From contig CAZGFQ010000006.1 of assembly GCA_964525185.1 (NCBI GenBank), forward strand, positions 3,573 through 67,572: DNA of 64,000 nucleotides, written 5' to 3'. Below, piece by piece: positions 58,894 to 64,000 of this stretch (position 1 is the stretch's first letter; each line of letters starts with the position of its first letter). Both the position numbers and the translations under genes were made by a program. The notes beneath the pieces were generated by a model, which did no database searches, had not been told where the DNA came from, and saw nothing but the letters and a program-made list of their open reading frames with translations. This stretch comes from an uncultured bacterium. GTDB lineage: Bacteria > Fidelibacterota > Marinisomatia > Marinisomatales > UBA1611.

Positions 58894-61341
58894 TTATTTT
58901 AATAACGATATTTTCTTTGTTACTGTATTTGAATAATTACTCATTAAGGCTATATATATCCCAGACGGAACTAATTTGTCTTTTGAGTCAATTCCACTCC
59001 AAATAAAAGAATTTATTCCGCTTTTTGCTCTAATTGTTGTATTAAATATTTCTTCTCCTGAAATTGAAAATATTGAAAATTTTATTTCATTTGACTCTTT
59101 CGAAATAAACTGGATTTTCGTGCTAGAGTTAAATGGGTTTGGGTAGATTTGATGTATCATTAAACTTTGCAACAAGGTTGGGTGAATCTTAGCTGTCCCT
59201 GTTGTGCTCTCCATAAAAAAATAATTTGTATTTCCTGTTAATAAAATTTGTCCTTCCGATAATTTTGATAGAGAGTGGTGATTGACATATGTTGGGAGAG
59301 GCGCTGTATTGCTCCATTGGTTTGTCGATGGATCATATATTTCACAGTTGACTCCACTCCCTGTTATTAAAACAGTACCATCATTTAATCCAATAGTTCT
59401 ATGCCCATACCGATAGTCCCCGATCATTTCTTCTGTTTGGGTTAACTCGTTTGTTGTTGGGTCATAAATTTCCCCAAATTCAGAGTTTCCAGTAATTAAT
59501 ACTCTGCCATCATTCAATAATTCAACCTGGGGGGATCTCCGATTATATAACATTGTACCTACAACTGTCCATGTATTTTCATTAGGATCAAATAATTCAA
59601 CTTCAGGTATTTCAACACCCCACGCCTTTGAACCACCAACAACAAGAACTCTACCATCGTTTATTCGTATTGCAGCATGATTTCCACGAGATTCGTTTAA
59701 CGGAGCAACATCTATAAATGAATTCGATTGTTCATCAAATAATTCACAGCTTGATAATGATGTTTCTCCGTGAGGCGATACATTAAAACCACCAATAATT
59801 AAAATATTTCCATCTAATAGTTTGGTGGCTGTATGATTTGCTCTGGGAGTCAATAAAGTATCCATAAATACCCAATTATTGTCATCAATATCATATCGCT
59901 CAACACATACTATACTGCCGTATTCCGTTTCTCCACCCACTACCAATATGTCGCCATTATTCAATTTTGTCGATGTGTGTCCATACTTTGAATCATTTAA
60001 GGAATCGATAATAGTCCAAGAATAATCAATAACATCAAATATTTCACATTGATTTATGAGTTGCATGACATTATTTGTTAAGATTCGACCTCCTGCAACC
60101 AAAACATCTCCTGTTTCTAAAACAGTCGCGGTATGGTGTGTCCTTGGTTTATTCATTTCTGGTAAAATATTCCAACTATTATCTAATGTAACAACAGATC
60201 TTTCTCTTGTTTTTGTTGGTGCTTGGACCTTATTGGAATGAAAAGACTCCTTTCCGTTCGTGTGAACGGATGTTACATAGTATCTTGCTTTATTGTTTGC
60301 AAATTTCATATTAGCTATATCTATTTGAAAATCAAGATATTCACTCTCATCAGATGAAATAAAATCAATTTTTTCATAATTATTACAATGTAGATCGCTT
60401 TCACTTAATGCTCTATATATATTATACCCGATTAAATTGGGATCATTAATTAGTGACCATTGTAATAATGGGTGGTTCTGAACATTCGTCCAAATTAAGT
60501 TTGATGGAGCCGATAAAATAATTTCTACATCACTTAATATTTGATAAAAACTAAAGCTAGAGTGAATTTTCTCAAACTGACCAAAGGTAAAATGATTCAA
60601 ACATTCCAGGTTTGTATAAGACATAATATTTTCAGTGTCGGGGTTATATGGATCTTCATCAACAACATCACCGCTGTCGTTAAAGTCATAACAAACCAAA
60701 GGAATGTAATCACAATTTCCGTCGACGCACTCTCCGTGGTGTAAATCTGGATCAGCGGGCGTATCACACACACAATCTCCGGCAATGCTACAATTATTCC
60801 CAATCGGGTCTTCAATTTCAATTGAAAAATCGTGCGTGTGTAATAATCCGAGTGCATGCCCTATTTCATGAGAAATAACGTGCGATCCAAGCCACTCGCT
60901 ACCTATTACCACATTTTGACTAGGGATAGACCCTGTATCACCAGCGCCGCTTGGCCCAAGCAAATATATATCAATTGCATTTACATGTGAATATGAATTT
61001 TTTAAAGATTGGAAAGAGCCCGGTGTATTATTATAATAATTACTGTTTCTAATAATTTGCCTACCTACTTCAACGAATGAAATATTTCCATCATTAAAGT
61101 CATTATTTATAAATGTTAAATACTCATTAATATTTTCATTTGATACTACACTTGGCCCAATATCTGGATATATATGGTGAAAAAATATGGCTATTTCTCG
61201 ATTAGGGAATTGGTCCCCATAATTTTGAGTTTCTATACAATAATCTGGAATATCGGCGGTGTTAATACATTCTAAATTGTTTGAGTATACATTATTAAAT
61301 AGGGGTGGAATCAATATCGCTATATAAAAGAATCGACTCAT
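58894..61341 (-). CDS. Multidomain secreted protein: M43 (pappalysin/ulilysin-like) zinc metalloprotease + 7-blade Kelch-type beta-propeller + T9SS C-terminal sorting domain
   Basis: HEIGHALGLLHTH with a downstream CVCDTPADPD. Seven repeats of the type PRTHHTATVLETGDVLVAGG. C-terminus IYPNPFNSSTKIQF...SGIYIALMSN...KKISLLK. Confidence 0.75.
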   Translation of the reverse strand: MSRFFYIAILIPPLFNNVYSNNLECINTADIPDYCIETQNYGDQFPNREIAIFFHHIYPDIGPSVVSNENINEYLTFINNDFNDGNISFVEVGRQIIRNSNYYNNTPGSFQSLKNSYSHVNAIDIYLLGPSGAGDTGSIPSQNVVIGSEWLGSHVISHEIGHALGLLHTHDFSIEIEDPIGNNCSIAGDCVCDTPADPDLHHGECVDGNCDYIPLVCYDFNDSGDVVDEDPYNPDTENIMSYTNLECLNHFTFGQFEKIHSSFSFYQILSDVEIILSAPSNLIWTNVQNHPLLQWSLINDPNLIGYNIYRALSESDLHCNNYEKIDFISSDESEYLDFQIDIANMKFANNKARYYVTSVHTNGKESFHSNKVQAPTKTRERSVVTLDNSWNILPEMNKPRTHHTATVLETGDVLVAGGRILTNNVMQLINQCEIFDVIDYSWTIIDSLNDSKYGHTSTKLNNGDILVVGGETEYGSIVCVERYDIDDNNWVFMDTLLTPRANHTATKLLDGNILIIGGFNVSPHGETSLSSCELFDEQSNSFIDVAPLNESRGNHAAIRINDGRVLVVGGSKAWGVEIPEVELFDPNENTWTVVGTMLYNRRSPQVELLNDGRVLITGNSEFGEIYDPTTNELTQTEEMIGDYRYGHRTIGLNDGTVLITGSGVNCEIYDPSTNQWSNTAPLPTYVNHHSLSKLSEGQILLTGNTNYFFMESTTGTAKIHPTLLQSLMIHQIYPNPFNSSTKIQFISKESNEIKFSIFSISGEEIFNTTIRAKSGINSFIWSGIDSKDKLVPSGIYIALMSNYSNTVTKKISLLK

Positions 61342-61393
61342 TGCAAAACAAGTTTATTCGAATTAAATGTTATTAACAATCCGATTAGCAAAA

Positions 61394-62185
61394 TCACTTT
61401 CGAGTCCACGCCCACTGGAAATCCATAAACGGAATCCACGTTTCGGCCATGGGTAAATAGGGAAGTAAGTGTGTATCTATTCCAAATGGATATTCTCCAT
61501 GGACTACCTTATACCCTAAAGATATCCGGAAGCGGTCGCTTCTATTCCAACTCATCATTCCTTTATGTTCTAAAGCAAAAGACCCCTCCATTCCGGGAAG
61601 AAGATGAATATCCATATCTAACAAATAACGAATTTTTTCCGTGACTTTTCCTGCAAAATCAATACCTGTTCTTATTCCATAACCACTGTATAATGGCGCA
61701 AATCTGTGATAAGCTAATGGTAGATCTATGGTTGATCCTTTAGAAAGTTTTTCTGCGGCTAATCCAAGTGATACGCCTAGTTTAAATGTAATATTATATG
61801 GTTTTTGGTATCCCCAAGTGAATAATAATTCATTATAAATAATGGCTGCAGCGGGGAAAGTAAACTCAGGAGAAATAATACCTCCCGTCCCTTCTCTTGC
61901 CAACATATTCAGCAAAGGAGTTGGATATAAAATTGAGTGTCGAGATGATATATCAAATTTCCACCAAATATTTCGTGTTTTTTTTAGGCTCACATTGGGC
62001 ATTACAAAGAAATATACAGGATGAATGGACCACTCTTTATCGCCAGAAACACCAATCCTTAATGGTTGAAATAATCCAATTTCTACTCGTTTTTCTGGCA
62101 ATACATTCGCAGAATAAGATGACCAATTTTCGGTTTTACCAAAAAGTGATGATAATGCTATAGTTAGAATGAGTATATTTTTCAC
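61394..62185 (-). CDS. Hypothetical outer-membrane protein (probable beta-barrel)
   Basis: Signal peptide MKNILILTIALSSLFG and an amphipathic beta-strand pattern. I recognise no family. Overlaps the EEP gene by 4 nt. Confidence 0.45.
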   Translation of the reverse strand: MKNILILTIALSSLFGKTENWSSYSANVLPEKRVEIGLFQPLRIGVSGDKEWSIHPVYFFVMPNVSLKKTRNIWWKFDISSRHSILYPTPLLNMLAREGTGGIISPEFTFPAAAIIYNELLFTWGYQKPYNITFKLGVSLGLAAEKLSKGSTIDLPLAYHRFAPLYSGYGIRTGIDFAGKVTEKIRYLLDMDIHLLPGMEGSFALEHKGMMSWNRSDRFRISLGYKVVHGEYPFGIDTHLLPYLPMAETWIPFMDFQWAWTRK

Positions 62186-63315
62186 GGCAGTTTTAATATG
62201 GCAGATACAGCCATGTGATCCGATATATATTTATAATCTTGGTGTGTTTGATCCGAACCGGATTTCCAACCGTTAGAAATATTTGTAAATAAATAATCTA
62301 ATTTTCGATCGTAGTATGTTCCATTTCTATCGCTCGTGCTTGGAGCGTGTGTAAAATATGCCGGTTCGTTGTTTAAATAATCTTCCAATAAAATGGCCGG
62401 TTCATATGCATCATATAAAGGTTGAAGAATCATGGGTTCATTTTCAAAATTTTCAAAATAACTGCCATCTTTATGTTGTGGTTCATTTCCTGCCTGGTGA
62501 TACTGATCTCCTTCACACATATCCTCTAAACAAAAATCTGTAGAATCCGCACCCGGAGGCAATGAGTTTAAGTCACCACCCGTAACAAATAGAGCACCAT
62601 CAGTTGTTAAAGATTCTAAAGTTTCCAAATATGTATCAATATGTTTTTGCTTTGTGTCGTCTGTAGCAAATGCTGTTGCATGAATATTAACAGCATAAAA
62701 ATTGTCCATTCCCGGGACCAGTATTTGTGTTTTAAGAATACTTCTTCTTAAATAAAAGTATTGCACAATTGCTGCCTGATTTTCCATTAATGGGAGCTTG
62801 ATTCGTTCATAGTTACTTAATGGCCATTTTGATAAAATAACATTTCCCATATCCATTCGGCCAATGCCATCGCTGGGGATAAATTGTGAATTCCAAATGG
62901 TGGCATATACACCATAATTCATGTTTGTGTTGTCTAATAAATATTGAACTTGATCTATATAATTCGTCCGCTTTGAAGAGCGGTCCATTTCTTGAAGCAA
63001 CAGAATATCTATATCTTCCCTATTCATTCTATCCACAACAGAATCTAAATTTGTGTTAACTTCAATTTCGGTTAAAACAACGCGATCACCACAAGCATCT
63101 CCGAAAAATGGAATACGCCCACATCCAAAACGAATGTTCCAAGTCATGACCTTTATTTCATTTTCATGTGGCGCACCCACATCATTAATTATTTGAGATT
63201 CATAATAAATTGCATCTTCTACATCATTGTGCGTTTCTACAATGGGATCGCATCCCTGCAGTAGGAATACTCCTAATAATATAAAAAATAATCTATGTTG
63301 TCTTGCTGAATGCAT
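62182..63315 (-). CDS. Endonuclease/exonuclease/phosphatase (EEP)-family lipoprotein
   Basis: Lipobox LLQGC, plus EEP motifs VMTWNIRFG, DILLLQE, NIHATAF, GGDLNS and SDHMAV. Confidence 0.8.
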   Translation of the reverse strand: MHSARQHRLFFILLGVFLLQGCDPIVETHNDVEDAIYYESQIINDVGAPHENEIKVMTWNIRFGCGRIPFFGDACGDRVVLTEIEVNTNLDSVVDRMNREDIDILLLQEMDRSSKRTNYIDQVQYLLDNTNMNYGVYATIWNSQFIPSDGIGRMDMGNVILSKWPLSNYERIKLPLMENQAAIVQYFYLRRSILKTQILVPGMDNFYAVNIHATAFATDDTKQKHIDTYLETLESLTTDGALFVTGGDLNSLPPGADSTDFCLEDMCEGDQYHQAGNEPQHKDGSYFENFENEPMILQPLYDAYEPAILLEDYLNNEPAYFTHAPSTSDRNGTYYDRKLDYLFTNISNGWKSGSDQTHQDYKYISDHMAVSAILKLP

Positions 63316-63656
63316 TATAATAAGGCTAATACATTTTCCGGTGGTCGACCCATGGCCGCTTTTTCCCCCTTAACAACTATGGGACGTTCAATGATTTTTG
63401 GGAATTGATTCATCGCTTTAAAAAGATTGGAATCATCATTTAATACTTCTTTTATATTATTTTCTTTAAAGTCGCTCTCCCCTTTTCTAATAAATTCTGA
63501 AGGGCGCATCTTTAATTTCGTAGATATTGATTCCAATTCTTCTACGGTGGGTATATTTTTTAAATATTCTATAATAGTGGGTTCAACGCCATTGTCACGC
63601 AACAGCTGCAGAGTTTTTCTGCTCTTCCCTCACCTTGGGTTATGATATATAATCAT
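63315..63656 (-). CDS. arsC: ArsC-family (glutaredoxin-coupled arsenate reductase-like) protein with in-frame TGA at the catalytic Cys position: probable selenoprotein
   Basis: My extension of the 95-aa ORF starts at ATG 63656 (after AAGGA) and reads MIIYHNPR-[TGA 63632-63630]-GKSRKTLQLLRDNGVEPTIIEYLKN..., compared with R773 ArsC IYHNPACGTSRNTLEMIRNSGTEPTIILYLEN. The Arg triad is conserved (FIRKG, ERPIVV, GRPPE). Confidence 0.7.
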
Positions 63657-64000
63657 GATTTCCTTACTTTTATTAATTCTTCCTTATGGAATAATACGCA
63701 TAAAATACATGTAAAACATATTTGAATTAAACCCCGATATCCAATTACTTAATCATTATTAATCCGGCGGATGATAGTCGCCTGCCTGTTCTTAGTTGAG
63801 CGCAGACAGGTAAGTAATTTTGATTTTATTGCCTTATATATCCCACTTTTAGATGGGGATTTGTGGGGGTTGATAAAAAATAAAAGAAAATTAAAATTAC
63901 GATTAACTCTCGCTGAAGTAATAATTAAAAAATGTTAAACCTAATTCCATACAATAATAACTAATACCAATATATTTTATACATTTAATTGTTTTGTCTT

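Noticed and set aside
63315-63602. The ORF-track 95-aa TTG-initiated ORF taken at face value as the complete gene.
   Set aside because: The TTG has no Shine-Dalgarno. The same frame continues upstream through one TGA to an ATG with AAGGA, and this restores the missing N-terminal IYHNPRxGKSR active-site segment of the ArsC fold.
63630-63632. The in-frame TGA as evidence for an alternative genetic code (UGA=Trp or Gly) in this organism.
   Set aside because: TGA ends several well-defined genes at lengths consistent with homology, for example ispF at 12925-12927 and the 1099-aa gene at 57815-57817. The conserved proteins contain no other in-frame TGA. A simple pseudogene cannot be fully excluded and is noted in the finding.
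63766-63812. Resemblance of GGCGGAUGAUAGUCGCC plus a second hairpin to the fluoride (crcB) riboswitch.
   Set aside because: The conserved joining and 3' segments I remember for that family (..AACCGCC.. and ..AUGAUGCCUAC with pseudoknot complementarity to the first loop) are absent. No complementary pseudoknot partner for the loop is present.
1-64000. A search by eye for CRISPR arrays, tandem or interspersed DNA repeats, IS elements or transposases, integrases, phage genes, toxin-antitoxin pairs and rRNA.
   Set aside because: I saw none. The similarity between the two receptor modules is only at protein level (diverged paralogs), not DNA repeats. A computational repeat search would still be worthwhile.

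Overview
This is a 64-kb chromosomal segment from a low-GC Gram-negative bacterium that appears to use type IX secretion. Four proteins carry Por-type C-terminal sorting domains, and there are two clear PorV/PorQ-like outer-membrane barrels plus one possible third. The gene content looks like the FCB superphylum or a Marinimicrobia-like lineage, but I cannot verify taxonomy without a search. I support about 52 CDS, one tRNA-Gln, two clear rho-independent terminators and two candidate operator palindromes. I found no rRNA, CRISPR array, IS element or integrase.

Positions 1-40.4 kb are dense housekeeping, mostly on the minus strand: plsC-like (partial), mutY, marR-like, lipase, priA, rpsF-rpsR-rplI, hppA, pth, rplY, prs, tRNA-Gln, ispD-ispF-ispE, queA, ruvB, a Cys/Met PLP enzyme, a long transketolase-like gene, uvrA, motA-motB plus one extra gene, rhomboid, recO and proS. 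A plus-strand run follows: amidohydrolase, trmH-like, CPBP protease, mgtE, a processive GT2, an aroQ-like gene and an M23 peptidase.

Positions 40.4-63.7 kb form a cell-surface island. Two findings stand out.

1. Two paralogous, mirror-image three-gene modules sit back to back. Each holds a SusC-like TonB-dependent receptor, a ~1100-aa protein with a T9SS C-terminal domain, and a PorV/PorQ-like barrel. No SusD homologue is present. This composition does not match any characterised uptake system I know.
2. An ArsC-family reductase has an in-frame TGA exactly at the catalytic cysteine. It is a probable selenoprotein that the ORF track truncates to 95 aa.

All domain calls are motif recognition by eye. 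No searches, folding or statistics were run.
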